Below are positions 1 through 9,720 of a stretch of 38,596 bases of DNA, piece by piece; within the stretch, counting starts at the first letter, position 1, and every line of letters begins with the position of its first letter. The stretch comes from Corallococcus exiguus. GTDB lineage: Bacteria > Myxococcota > Myxococcia > Myxococcales > Myxococcaceae. Location: the NCBI GenBank assembly GCA_012985245.1, contig JABELA010000052.1, forward strand, positions 1 through 38,596, given 5' to 3'. The position numbers and the translations under genes are program-made. Below the pieces are notes generated by a model. The model saw nothing but the letters and a program-made list of their open reading frames with translations. It ran no database searches and was not told where the DNA came from.

Positions 1-46
1 CTCCCATGCGGGCCATGACTCCCCCACCTTCTCTGGGGGGTGAACG

Positions 47-445
47 ATGAAGCGAGGCCATTGGAGAGGTGCCTGGGGGTTGGCTGCCGCGCTGCTCGGG
101 CTTCCGGCGGTGGGGCAGATGGAAGGCCCACCCGAGGGTGCGTCGCAATACTCCTGCTTCGAAGCGGCGCGCCAGGGCAGCTCGGTGAGTGAGAGCATCG
201 CGGCGCAGCTCTGCCAGGGTGCCCGTTCCGACACCCCGGCACAGTGCTTCCTCCGGGTGAAGGAGAAGGGCTTCCTCGCCGACCCGCAGGCGCTCCAGCT
301 CTGCCAGTACGCCCAGCCCTCGGATGATCCCGCGGCATGCTTCTTCAAGGCGCGGACGTCCTCGTTCCTGGACGAGACCCAGCTCCTGGAGCTCTGCCGC
401 CCGCCCATCGCGCAGATGCTGAAGATGTGTCCCTACGGTCCGTGA
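47..445 (+). CDS. Secreted cysteine-rich repeat protein (hypothetical)
   Basis: N-terminal hydrophobic signal-like segment (WGLAAALLGLPAVGQ). Three roughly 35-aa internal repeats, each with LCQ/ELC...CF Cys pairs. No homologue recognised. Confidence 0.45.
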   Translation: MKRGHWRGAWGLAAALLGLPAVGQMEGPPEGASQYSCFEAARQGSSVSESIAAQLCQGARSDTPAQCFLRVKEKGFLADPQALQLCQYAQPSDDPAACFFKARTSSFLDETQLLELCRPPIAQMLKMCPYGP

Positions 446-463
446 GGCTTCACGCCGTGGGGC

Positions 464-3148
464 TCACCGGGCGCGGAGGAACGCCTTGACGCTCGGGGAC
501 TGGAGCTTCTGGGACTCGATGCACAGCCGGATGGACTCCAGGGCCCGGGTGAGCGCGCGCGGTCCGCCTTCAATCTTGTCCACGCGGGGCGTGAGGAACG
601 TCTCCACCTGCGCCAGGTGGATGTCATCGCAGAGGCTCCCCGTCTGGCCAATCAGCCGGCCCAGCTCATCCGAACGCAGCCGCTGGGTCAGCGCATCGAA
701 GTGCGTCTGGTAGAAGTTCCACGCCAGCGACTGCGACTCCGGCGACATCAACGCCATCCGGAGGATGATCTGCGAGTCGCGCACGTCGAAGTCCGGAGAC
801 ACCACGAGCCCCAACGCCCTCCACAACAGCTCCGGGCTCCGGAAGTAGCCCAGCGACATCAGCAGCCGGGAACGCTCGGTGCGGTCCTGTTCCTTCTTCG
901 CCGCTTCCAGCAGCGCGTCGAACAGCGCCGCATCGCCGTGCGTCGCCGCTCGGGGCAGCGCGGCACTGAACGCCTCCGGGTCCACCGACTTGCGGTTCGC
1001 CAGCCATGCGCGCACCAGGGGCAGCGCCTCCTTCACCAGCCGAGGGTCATCGCCCAGACCCCCGGCCAGCCGGAGGAACAGGGAGCGTGAATCCTTCACG
1101 GAGTCGTCCTCGCCCGGCTTCGGCACCCAGCCCATGGCCCGCGCGCGCGCCGAGTAGAGCGAGGCCACCCACGCGCGGAAGCGCTGGCGCTCCTCGGGCG
1201 TGAGCTGCTCCAGGCGCACGAGCTCCAGCAGCGAGGCGCCGCTCTGCACCACGAGCCGGTTCGTCGACTTCGCGGAGGCAGGCACCGCCTTCAGCGCCTC
1301 CCCCAGCGGCAGGTCGCCCCGGCTCACCGCCGCATCCACATCCGCCCAGAGCGCCATCTGCTCCGCGGGAGTGAAGGCGGCGGCCGGAGTCGCGAGCAGC
1401 TTCGTCAACTGCTCGCGGGTGTAACCGCCGCGGTAGTAACCCGTGCCGCCCGCGTTGAGCAGCACCCACGCCGGGCACTGCTTCGAGGGCAGCGCGACCT
1501 CCGTCGAGGGCCCCTGCACCATCGAGCACACCCGCGACGACTGCGTGCCCGTGGCCACGCGAAGACACACGGGCACCTGCCATTCCTGCCGCGAGTCCGC
1601 CTTGGAGCCCACGGGCAGGTACCGCTCCTGCGACAGCTTCACGGACGGAGCACCGCCCGCCGGGCACGACAGCTGCGCGGTGATCCGAGGCGCCCCGCTC
1701 CGCTCGATGAACCCGCCGAAGGATTGCGCCACCTCCGGCCCCGCCGCCTGGGACAGGTCCGCGAGGAAGTCCTCCATCGTCGCGACCTTCCACGCGTGCT
1801 TGCGGACATAGCCCCGGAGGAAGTCGCGGAAGCGCTCGGGCCCCATCCAGGCCTCGTACATGGCGATGACGGACGAGCCCTTGTCATACGTCGTCCCGTT
1901 GTCGAACGAGCCCACGATGTCGTCATTGCTCTCCACCGGCTTGCGCACGGGCAGCGCCGACGCCAGCTCATCCGACGCCAGCGCGGAGCGGGTCGCGGAC
2001 ATGGCGCGCTCCTGCTGGTAGTCCCAGGACGGCTCCAGCCGGTCCACGGTCTGCCGGTCCAACCACGCGGTGAAGGATTCGTTCAGCCAGATGTCGTTCC
2101 ACCAGGAGCAGGTGACGACGTCCCCGAACCAGTAGTGGCCCAGCTCATGGTTGGCGATGACCGCGTACGACTTGCGGCGAGCCAGCGTCTCCTCGCCGGG
2201 CGGAATGAGCGTGAGCGGCTGTCCGAGCGCGACGATGCCCGGGTGCTCCATGGTGCCCCAGTACCGGGGCACGACCGCCACATCGAGCTTCTCGTACGGA
2301 TACGGCTGGTCGAAGAAGTCCTCCAGTCCCTTCACGATGCGAGGCGTGATGCTCGCGGCGAAGCGAGTCTCCGCACCCCGGCCCTTGGGGACGATGAAGC
2401 GCAGCGGCACGTTCGTGCGTCCCACGGTGCCTGCCTCCACCACGTCGAACGGCCCCACCATGAAGGCCACGAGATAGCTGGGCATCGGCTTGCTTTCCGC
2501 GAAGGTGACGCGCTCCAGTCCGTCCGCCAGAGGCTCGCGCGACACGACGGGATGGTTGGCCAGCGCCACGTGTCCGGCCTTCACGGTGAAGCGCAGGCGC
2601 CACGGCACCTTGAAGGTCGGCTCGTCGAAGCACGGGAAGGCACGGCGCGCGTCGATGGGCTCGAAGAACGTGTAGAGGTAGGGCTCACCGCCCTCCTCCA
2701 CCCCGTAGATGCCCTGGCTGCGCTCACGGTCCACCTTGCCCGTGAAGTCGAGCAGGAGCTGGGCCTTGCCCACCGGCAGTTCCTCCGGCAGCAGCAATCC
2801 CAGACGTCCTTCGGGCGCGGTGACAGGCTTCGCGGCGAACGTGCGGCCCGCCACGGTGACACGCGCCCGCGTCACTTCCACGTCCTGCGCATGCAGCCAC
2901 ACCTGGCGCACGGGCTCGCGGACCTCCACGTCGATGGTGACGCTCCCCGGGTACGTGTCCTCCTTGGGCACGAGCTTCAGGTCCAGCGCGTAGTGCACGG
3001 GCCGCACGGTGTCCGGCAACCGTAGCGCGGGAGGCAGTGCCTCCGGCCACGAGACGGCGGGCGGCGCGGAAGCAGCCGGTGCGGCCTCCGGCGCGTGGGC
3101 ACAGCGGACGGTCAACACCACCAGGGCGAGGAGTGGGAGCAGTCGCAT
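464..3148 (-). CDS. pepN: Aminopeptidase N, M1 family zinc metallopeptidase (secreted)
   Basis: Signal peptide MRLLPLLALVVLTVRCAHA. GTMEHPG (GAMEN-like exopeptidase motif). HELGHYWFGD...WLNESFTAWL (HEXXH-18-E zinc site). An 894-aa length fits M1. Confidence 0.9.
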   Translation of the reverse strand: MRLLPLLALVVLTVRCAHAPEAAPAASAPPAVSWPEALPPALRLPDTVRPVHYALDLKLVPKEDTYPGSVTIDVEVREPVRQVWLHAQDVEVTRARVTVAGRTFAAKPVTAPEGRLGLLLPEELPVGKAQLLLDFTGKVDRERSQGIYGVEEGGEPYLYTFFEPIDARRAFPCFDEPTFKVPWRLRFTVKAGHVALANHPVVSREPLADGLERVTFAESKPMPSYLVAFMVGPFDVVEAGTVGRTNVPLRFIVPKGRGAETRFAASITPRIVKGLEDFFDQPYPYEKLDVAVVPRYWGTMEHPGIVALGQPLTLIPPGEETLARRKSYAVIANHELGHYWFGDVVTCSWWNDIWLNESFTAWLDRQTVDRLEPSWDYQQERAMSATRSALASDELASALPVRKPVESNDDIVGSFDNGTTYDKGSSVIAMYEAWMGPERFRDFLRGYVRKHAWKVATMEDFLADLSQAAGPEVAQSFGGFIERSGAPRITAQLSCPAGGAPSVKLSQERYLPVGSKADSRQEWQVPVCLRVATGTQSSRVCSMVQGPSTEVALPSKQCPAWVLLNAGGTGYYRGGYTREQLTKLLATPAAAFTPAEQMALWADVDAAVSRGDLPLGEALKAVPASAKSTNRLVVQSGASLLELVRLEQLTPEERQRFRAWVASLYSARARAMGWVPKPGEDDSVKDSRSLFLRLAGGLGDDPRLVKEALPLVRAWLANRKSVDPEAFSAALPRAATHGDAALFDALLEAAKKEQDRTERSRLLMSLGYFRSPELLWRALGLVVSPDFDVRDSQIILRMALMSPESQSLAWNFYQTHFDALTQRLRSDELGRLIGQTGSLCDDIHLAQVETFLTPRVDKIEGGPRALTRALESIRLCIESQKLQSPSVKAFLRAR

Positions 3149-3730
3149 GGGGGCGCAGCGTAGACCAACGTCCGCCAGCGGTCTTCGCAGCCTGGATGCG
3201 GCCGGTGACTACACGACTCCGACGTCGGCCGGGTCCACCATGATGATGTGTCGAGTCCCTCCGAACAGGGGCACGCCAATGCGGGAAACGTTGAGAACAA
3301 GGACGCCGTCGCTCTCGATCTCCTCGATCGTGAAGACCTGACCGACACATGCCAGGAAGAGGCGCTGAATTCCCTACGAGCCATTCGTTCATGCAAGCAC
3401 CAGGACATCCAGCCACCAGCCATTCCCAGGCGTGGGCACACGGATGGTTACGACTTTGTTCCGTCCGTACAGTCAAGACCATCGTGGTCCCACGACGGCG
3501 GACACGGATCATGCCTCAGGATGCTGCGTTTCAGCTCGCGTCCAAAGCCATCCTGGGACGTCTCCAATCCATAGCGCCGCAGACACGACGCGCAGAGCCC
3601 CACCCCGCCACGGGGTACTCATAGACCCCGATCGGGTTTAGACAGACACCGCAGAACCCCACAACATGTCTGTCTTCATGTGTCCAAACTGATAGATCGC
3701 CCTTTCCTCTCACTTCGCCAGGAACGTGCG

Positions 3731-6073
3731 ATGCGCCGACAAGCCACACCGCCTCGGGTTTTGTTTTACGCACTAATCAGCGCTGTCATTTCTGTCATGG
3801 CCTGCGACACGGGGGGCGAGCCGGAGCGGGAGACCGGCAACGTCCGGTTCGTCAGCGCGGTGCCCCAGGCGCTCGCGGGCGATGAGATCACCCGCGTGAC
3901 CGTCACGCTGACGGCGTCCGGCGTGCCTTCCGCCACCACCGTGCTCACGAAGGGCACGGATGGCTGGAGCGGCACCATGTACCAAGTGCCCGCCGGCACC
4001 CAGCGCACCTTCACCGCGGAGGCCTTCGCCGCGGACGGCGCCCTGCGCTACCGGGGCGCGGCCTCGGACGTCACCATCACCGCGGGCACGACCTCCATCG
4101 TGGCCATCACCCTCCAGGCGCTGAATGGCCCGGGCCCGTTCGACAACTCGGCCCCGTGCATCGACTCGCTCGTGGCATCCGCGAGCAGCATCCTCCCCGG
4201 GGGCTCCATCTCCCTCCAGGCCACGGCGCATGATCCGGATGCGTCCGACTCCATCACGTACGCCTGGACGTCGGCGGATGGCACCTTCGGTTCGCCCACG
4301 CTCACGTCCACGACCTGGACGGCGCCCGTGACCCCGGGCGTCTATGGGCTGACGTTGACGGTCACCGACTCGCGCGGCGCCACGGCGACCATCCGCATCG
4401 ACATCACCGTCATCTCCAAGGACGGCGGCACCACGGCCGGCACCGCGGAGGTGTCCGTCACGTTCAACATCTCCCCCGCCGTCACCCGCGTCACCGCGTC
4501 CCGGTCCCCCGTGCCCGTGGGCCAGAGCACCACCGTCACCGCGGACGTGACGGATCCGGACGGCGACGCGCTGACCTACCAGTGGGCCGCGTCCTGCGCG
4601 GGCACCTGGACCGATGACACCTCCAACGTCGCCTCCTTCACCCCGACCGCCGTGCCCGCTGGCGACTCGTGCGGCAACTGCGCGCTCACCGTCACCGTGA
4701 AGGATCCGAAGGGCGGCCAGACGCAGGGCACGCTGCGCATCTGCGTGGGCGACGGCGCGACCACCAACGTTCCCCCGCGCATCGTCCTCGCGCACCAGAG
4801 CAGCGCGTCCGTGGTGGGCGACAGCACCGTGACGTTCCGCGTCCTCGCCGAGGACGGCAACGGTGGCACCCTCACCTTCAACTGGGCCTCGAGCACCGGC
4901 ACGCTCGCGGCGCCCTCGTCCGGGTTCACCTCCAGCGAGACCTCCTGGAAGGCCCCCACCTGCGCGCCCACCGGCGGGAACGCGACCGTCACCGCCACCG
5001 TCACCAACGCCCAGGGCTTCTCCGCGTCCCAGGCCTTCACCGTGGCGGTGCAGAACGCCCCCGCGTGCACGCCGCCCACCACGGTCGCGCGGTGGGACCT
5101 CACGGCCAGCATGACGCAGCGCCGCTTCGGTGCGAGCCTCATCCCCCTGGCCTCCGGGAAGATCCTCGTCTTCGGCGGGACGATTTCCTCCACCGCCCTG
5201 GGCACCGCGGAGCTCTACGATCCCGCGACGGGGACCTGGTCTTCCGCTGGAACGCTGGGCACCGCGCACTACAACCCCGCGGTGACACTGCTGCCCTCTG
5301 GCAAGGTCATGGTCACGGGCGGCTTCGTGGCGTACCCGGCCAGCACCGCGCTGCGCGCCGTGGAGTTCTATGATCCCGCGACCAACACCTGGACGACTGG
5401 CCCGCAGATGGGCTTCGCGCGCGGCGCCCATACCTCGACGCTACTGCCCAACGGCAAGGTCCTGGTCATCGGCGGCGTCACCACGGGCGACACCGTCAGC
5501 AACCGCTCCATCGAGCTCTACGACCCCGCCACGAACAGCTGGGTGCCGGTGGCGAGCCCGACCTATGCCCGGTCCAACCACCGCGCGGTCCTGCTGCCGT
5601 CGGGCAAGGTGCTCACCGTGGGCGGCAACCTGCCGTCGGAGATCTACGATCCGTCCAACAACACCTGGAGCACCGCCACCGGCCTGACGACGCGGACCTT
5701 CACCGACGCCTTCCTCCAGCCGTCTGGCAAGGTCGTCCTGGTGGATGGGACGCTGGTCGCGACGTACGACCCGGTGCTCAACGTCCAGGCCACGCTGGGC
5801 AACTTCACCTACGAGCGCGCCAGCTCATCCCTGGTCCGGCTGAACTCCGGGAAGCTGCTGCTCGCGGGCGGGAACTCCACGGTGGGCCTGACGACGGAGG
5901 TCTTCGACCTTTCAACCGGTACCTCCGCGTTCTCCACCAGCATGGCGTCCAACCGCTACCTGATGGCCACCACCGTGCTTCCCAGCGGCAAGGTGCTCTT
6001 CATCAGCGGCTATGACCGGGACGACGGAGCAACCGTCAGCGCCGTCCTCGTCTACACGCCCGCGAGCCCCTGA
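3731..6073 (+). CDS. Lipoprotein with N-terminal PKD/Ig-like β-sandwich repeats and C-terminal Kelch-type β-propeller
   Basis: Probable start at MRRQ, with AGGAA 8 nt upstream; the ORF is open from 3680. Lipobox ISVMAC. The N-terminal half has repeated Thr/Val-rich segments with TVTD/TATV motifs, typical of PKD/Ig-like domains. The C-terminal half has six or more LLPSGKVLVxGG blades, i.e. Kelch / galactose-oxidase-like. Confidence 0.75.
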   Translation: MRRQATPPRVLFYALISAVISVMACDTGGEPERETGNVRFVSAVPQALAGDEITRVTVTLTASGVPSATTVLTKGTDGWSGTMYQVPAGTQRTFTAEAFAADGALRYRGAASDVTITAGTTSIVAITLQALNGPGPFDNSAPCIDSLVASASSILPGGSISLQATAHDPDASDSITYAWTSADGTFGSPTLTSTTWTAPVTPGVYGLTLTVTDSRGATATIRIDITVISKDGGTTAGTAEVSVTFNISPAVTRVTASRSPVPVGQSTTVTADVTDPDGDALTYQWAASCAGTWTDDTSNVASFTPTAVPAGDSCGNCALTVTVKDPKGGQTQGTLRICVGDGATTNVPPRIVLAHQSSASVVGDSTVTFRVLAEDGNGGTLTFNWASSTGTLAAPSSGFTSSETSWKAPTCAPTGGNATVTATVTNAQGFSASQAFTVAVQNAPACTPPTTVARWDLTASMTQRRFGASLIPLASGKILVFGGTISSTALGTAELYDPATGTWSSAGTLGTAHYNPAVTLLPSGKVMVTGGFVAYPASTALRAVEFYDPATNTWTTGPQMGFARGAHTSTLLPNGKVLVIGGVTTGDTVSNRSIELYDPATNSWVPVASPTYARSNHRAVLLPSGKVLTVGGNLPSEIYDPSNNTWSTATGLTTRTFTDAFLQPSGKVVLVDGTLVATYDPVLNVQATLGNFTYERASSSLVRLNSGKLLLAGGNSTVGLTTEVFDLSTGTSAFSTSMASNRYLMATTVLPSGKVLFISGYDRDDGATVSAVLVYTPASP

Positions 6074-6160
6074 AGTCCATCTGAAACTCAGTTGAGGAGC
6101 GGTCGGACCCACACAGGTCCGGCCGCTCCGGGCATTGCGGCGCCGCGCGATTGAGCGAGG

Positions 6161-6991
6161 ATGCGGCCCATGTCCAACCTCCAAGGCAAGACCCTCTTCA
6201 TCACCGGCGCCAGCCGCGGCATCGGCAAGGCCATCGCGCTGCGCGCGGCCCGTGACGGCGCCAACATCGTCATCGCCGCGAAAACCACGGACCCGCACCC
6301 CAAGCTGCCCGGCACCATCTACACGGCGGCGAAGGAGATTGAAGAGGCCGGCGGCAAGGCCCTCCCCTGCGTGGTGGACATCCGCGACGAGGCGCAGATC
6401 CACGCCGCCGTGGCCAAGGCCGTGGAGACCTTCGGCGGCATCGACATCCTGGTGAACAACGCCAGCGCCATCAGCCTCACCGGCACGCTGGAGACGCCGC
6501 TCAAGCGCTTCGACCTGATGCACGGCATCAACACGCGCGGCACCTTCGCGTGCTCGCAGGCGTGCATCCCGTACCTCAAGAAGTCCTCCAACCCGCACAT
6601 CCTCAACAACTCGCCACCGCTCAACATGGAGCCGCGCTGGTTCGGCCCCCACGTGGCCTACACCATCGCGAAGTACGGCATGAGCCTGTGCGCCCTGGGC
6701 ATGGCGGAGGAGCTCAAGGACGACGGCATCGCCGTCAACACGCTGTGGCCCCGCACCGTCATCGCCACCGCCGCCGTGCAGAACCTGCTGGGCGGCGACG
6801 ACACCATCAAGGGCAGCCGCACGCCGGAGATCATGGCGGACGCCGCGTACACCATCCTCACCAAGCCCAGCCGCTCCTTCACCGGCAACTTCTGCATCGA
6901 CGATGAAGTGCTGCGCGCCGCCGGCATCACCAACCTGGACAAGTACCAGTCCGTCCCCGGCGCGGAGCTGCTGCCCGACTTCTTCCTCTAG
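6161..6991 (+). CDS. Short-chain dehydrogenase/reductase (SDR), HSDL2-like
   Basis: TLFITGASRGIGKAIA is a Rossmann TGxxxGxG motif. NNAS and a YxxxK-type catalytic region (YTIAKYG) are present. Overall it resembles the hydroxysteroid-dehydrogenase-like-2 SDR domain. Confidence 0.85.
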   Translation: MRPMSNLQGKTLFITGASRGIGKAIALRAARDGANIVIAAKTTDPHPKLPGTIYTAAKEIEEAGGKALPCVVDIRDEAQIHAAVAKAVETFGGIDILVNNASAISLTGTLETPLKRFDLMHGINTRGTFACSQACIPYLKKSSNPHILNNSPPLNMEPRWFGPHVAYTIAKYGMSLCALGMAEELKDDGIAVNTLWPRTVIATAAVQNLLGGDDTIKGSRTPEIMADAAYTILTKPSRSFTGNFCIDDEVLRAAGITNLDKYQSVPGAELLPDFFL

Positions 6992-7006
6992 CGCGCCTTA
7001 CGCCCC

Positions 7007-7927
7007 ATGCCCCCGCGCAAGCTCCAGCGACACCTGGTCTGGCTCGAGTCCTTCACCGCCGCCGTGGAGGCCGGCAGCATCGACGCCGCCGCGGAGCACC
7101 TGGGCGTCGCCCGCTCCGTCGTGAGCGAGCACATCCGCGCGCTGGAGGAAGCGCTCGCGGATGGCGCCGCCCTGCTGGAGCGGGGGCCGGGCCGGCGCCT
7201 GCAACTGTCCGCGCGTGGAGAGCGCCTCTACGCGGGCACCCAGACGCCGCTGCACCAGCTGGACGTGAAGCGGCTGATGGACCTGGCCCGAGTGGAGCCC
7301 ACCCTGCGCCTGGGCCTCAACCCCACGCTGTCCATGTCGCTGCTGGGCGGCATCGCGCAGGATGCCGCCGCCGCCGACCTCAAGCTGGTGGTGGGCTTCG
7401 GCGGCTCGCACGAACTCATGCGGCAGGTGCAGACGCGGCAGCAGGACCTGGCGCTCGACTTCACCCCCCTGCCCCCACACGAGGGCGTGGACACCGAGTC
7501 CCTGCTGCGCATGTCCTTCGTCGTCATCGCGGGTCCCGACTCCGCGCTCGCCCGGGAGCACCCCTCCCGCCGCTCGCTGGACGTGAAGGACCTCCAGGGC
7601 CAGCGCTTCGTGGACTGGCTTCGAGACGACCCCTACGGCGGCGCCAACAGCGCGCGCTTCGCCGCGCACGGCGTGTCCGTCACCGAGGTCGGCCGCGTGG
7701 AGAGCTTCCTCCACCTCTACGAGCTGCTGCGCGCCTACAAGGCCTGCACCATCGCCCCGGACGTGCGCCCCACACAGCCGTTCCCTCCCGACCTCCACGT
7801 CTGGCCCCTGCGCGAACAGGAGCCCCAGGTCGTGGAGGTGGTGGCCCTGTGGCCCTCTGGCGGCCTCAGCCCCGCCGTCCAGGCCATCCTCGACGGGGTG
7901 CGTCGCCGCCTGAACAAACGACGATAA
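7007..7927 (+). CDS. LysR-family transcriptional regulator
   Basis: N-terminal wHTH (LESFTAAVEAGSIDAAAEHLGVARSVVSEHIRALEEAL). About 300 aa with a C-terminal substrate-binding-like domain. Confidence 0.8.
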   Translation: MPPRKLQRHLVWLESFTAAVEAGSIDAAAEHLGVARSVVSEHIRALEEALADGAALLERGPGRRLQLSARGERLYAGTQTPLHQLDVKRLMDLARVEPTLRLGLNPTLSMSLLGGIAQDAAAADLKLVVGFGGSHELMRQVQTRQQDLALDFTPLPPHEGVDTESLLRMSFVVIAGPDSALAREHPSRRSLDVKDLQGQRFVDWLRDDPYGGANSARFAAHGVSVTEVGRVESFLHLYELLRAYKACTIAPDVRPTQPFPPDLHVWPLREQEPQVVEVVALWPSGGLSPAVQAILDGVRRRLNKRR

Positions 7928-8020
7928 TCCGACGAAGACGTCGAATTCTGCCGGATTTCCGTCTTGCAGTGAGGTGCGTATTCTTCAGGAGTCCTGCATC
8001 TCCTGAAGGAGCCGCTCGCG

Positions 8021-9616
8021 ATGACGCCCACGGAACGGACCATTGCCCGCCTTCCCGCCCACCTGCGCCGCTACGTGGTGGGCCAGGACTACGCGGCGTA
8101 CACGCCCAGGGATCAGGCGGTGTGGCGGCACATCCTGGGGCAGCTGCGCGAGCACCTGAGCGACAAGGCGCACCCCGTCTACCTGGAGGGCCTGGAGGCC
8201 ACGGGCATTGGCGCGGAGGCCATCCCCAGCCTGGACGAGATGAACGAGAAGCTGTCCAAGCTGGGCTGGGCCTGCGTGGCGGTGCGCGGCTTCATCCCGC
8301 CGGCCGTCTTCACGGAGCTGCAGGCGCTGGGCGTGCTGGCCATCGCAGCGGACATCCGCACGCACGAGCACATCCAGTACACGCCCGCGCCGGACATCGT
8401 CCATGAGAGCGCGGGCCACGCGCCCATCATCGCGAACGCGCGGTACGCCCAATACCTCAAGGCCGTGGGGCTGGTGGGCTTCAAGGCCATCGCCAGCGTG
8501 GAGGACCAGGCCGTCTTCGAGGCCATCCGCAACCTCTCCGTGGTGAAGGAGGACCCCACCGCGACGGAGGAGGAGATCGCCCACGCCCAGGCCCGCCTGG
8601 AGGCCGCCAACGCCAGCCACCGCTACATCAGCGAGAGCACCCGCGCGAGCCGCCTGTACTGGTGGACCGCGGAGTACGGGCTGATTGGCGACCTGAAGCA
8701 CCCGCGCATCTACGGCGCGGGCCTGCTGTCCAGCATTGGCGAGGCCCGGCACTGCCTGACGTCCGCCGTGCACAAGCTGTCCCTGGGCGTGGCGTGCGCG
8801 GACACGGACTACGACATCACCCGCATGCAGCCGCAGCTCTTCGTGGCGCGCGACTTCGAGCACCTCTTCGAGGTCCTGGCCGAGTTCGAGTCCACGCTCG
8901 CGTGGAAGCGCGGCGGAGACCTGGGCCTCAACGAGGCGCTGCGCGCGCGCACGGTCAACCACCTGGTGCTCGCGGACGGCCGCGAGGTGACGGGCAAGGT
9001 GGTGGAGCTGCTGCCCGCCGCGAAGGACGTGGCCCCGGGCCTGTCCACCGCGCTGGCCCGGCTGGAGGGCCCCATCCTCACGTCCATGAACGGGCACGCC
9101 GTGGACATGCCGTTCAGCGGCGCGGCGCTGGTCGCCTTTGGCCAGGGCACCCTGCCGGAGCGCGGGAGCTTCACGCTCACGCTCGACAGCGGGCTGGTGC
9201 TGGAGGGCTTCGCGGTGGGCGGCGGAGAAGTGATTGCCCTGCGCGGCACGCTGGCCGGCCAGGAGCTGACGCTGCCGTCCATGGCGCGCCTGTACCTGAC
9301 GGAGCGGCTGCCGTCCGTGGCGGGCGGCCCCGCCGACCCGGGCACGTGGGACGAGTGGTTCGGGGAGATGGACGCCTTCACCGCGGGCGACGGCGAGGCC
9401 CAGGCGCGCGAGCGCAAGGCGCAGGCCCTGCCCCCGTCGCTGGCCGCCCTCTACACGGAGGTGCGCCGCATCCGCGAGACGGGGCAGCTGGCCGCCGAGC
9501 GGCTGGAGCAGATCGCCCGCGCGTCCACGGACTTCCCCACCGACTGGCTCCTGCGCGCCGAGGTCGCGGAGCTGCGCGGCGAGGTGCCCGCGCGGCGCGA
9601 GGCGGCGCAGGCGTAG
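8021..9616 (+). CDS. phhA: Aromatic amino acid (phenylalanine-4-)hydroxylase-like enzyme with ~240-aa C-terminal extension
   Basis: Catalytic-core motifs of biopterin-dependent hydroxylases are present. PDIVHESAGHAPIIANARYAQYLKAVGL corresponds to PDxxHExxGHxP, the His/His iron ligands. RLYWWTAEYGLIGD corresponds to YWFTVEFGL. The length of 531 aa compares with about 260–300 aa for bacterial PAH. Confidence 0.8.
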   Translation: MTPTERTIARLPAHLRRYVVGQDYAAYTPRDQAVWRHILGQLREHLSDKAHPVYLEGLEATGIGAEAIPSLDEMNEKLSKLGWACVAVRGFIPPAVFTELQALGVLAIAADIRTHEHIQYTPAPDIVHESAGHAPIIANARYAQYLKAVGLVGFKAIASVEDQAVFEAIRNLSVVKEDPTATEEEIAHAQARLEAANASHRYISESTRASRLYWWTAEYGLIGDLKHPRIYGAGLLSSIGEARHCLTSAVHKLSLGVACADTDYDITRMQPQLFVARDFEHLFEVLAEFESTLAWKRGGDLGLNEALRARTVNHLVLADGREVTGKVVELLPAAKDVAPGLSTALARLEGPILTSMNGHAVDMPFSGAALVAFGQGTLPERGSFTLTLDSGLVLEGFAVGGGEVIALRGTLAGQELTLPSMARLYLTERLPSVAGGPADPGTWDEWFGEMDAFTAGDGEAQARERKAQALPPSLAALYTEVRRIRETGQLAAERLEQIARASTDFPTDWLLRAEVAELRGEVPARREAAQA

Positions 9617-9720
9617 GGCCCGGTGCTTCGAATCACAGACGGATGACGCGCAAACAGCCCGGTCGACCTCTTCACGAGGTCGCCGGGCCGAATCACTTCC
9701 AGGGGCTTTCGCCGCCGGGA

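Noticed and set aside
3773-5431. 552-aa ORF on the - strand
   Set aside because: It is antisense to the Kelch/PKD lipoprotein gene and is Gly/Arg-rich with no motifs.
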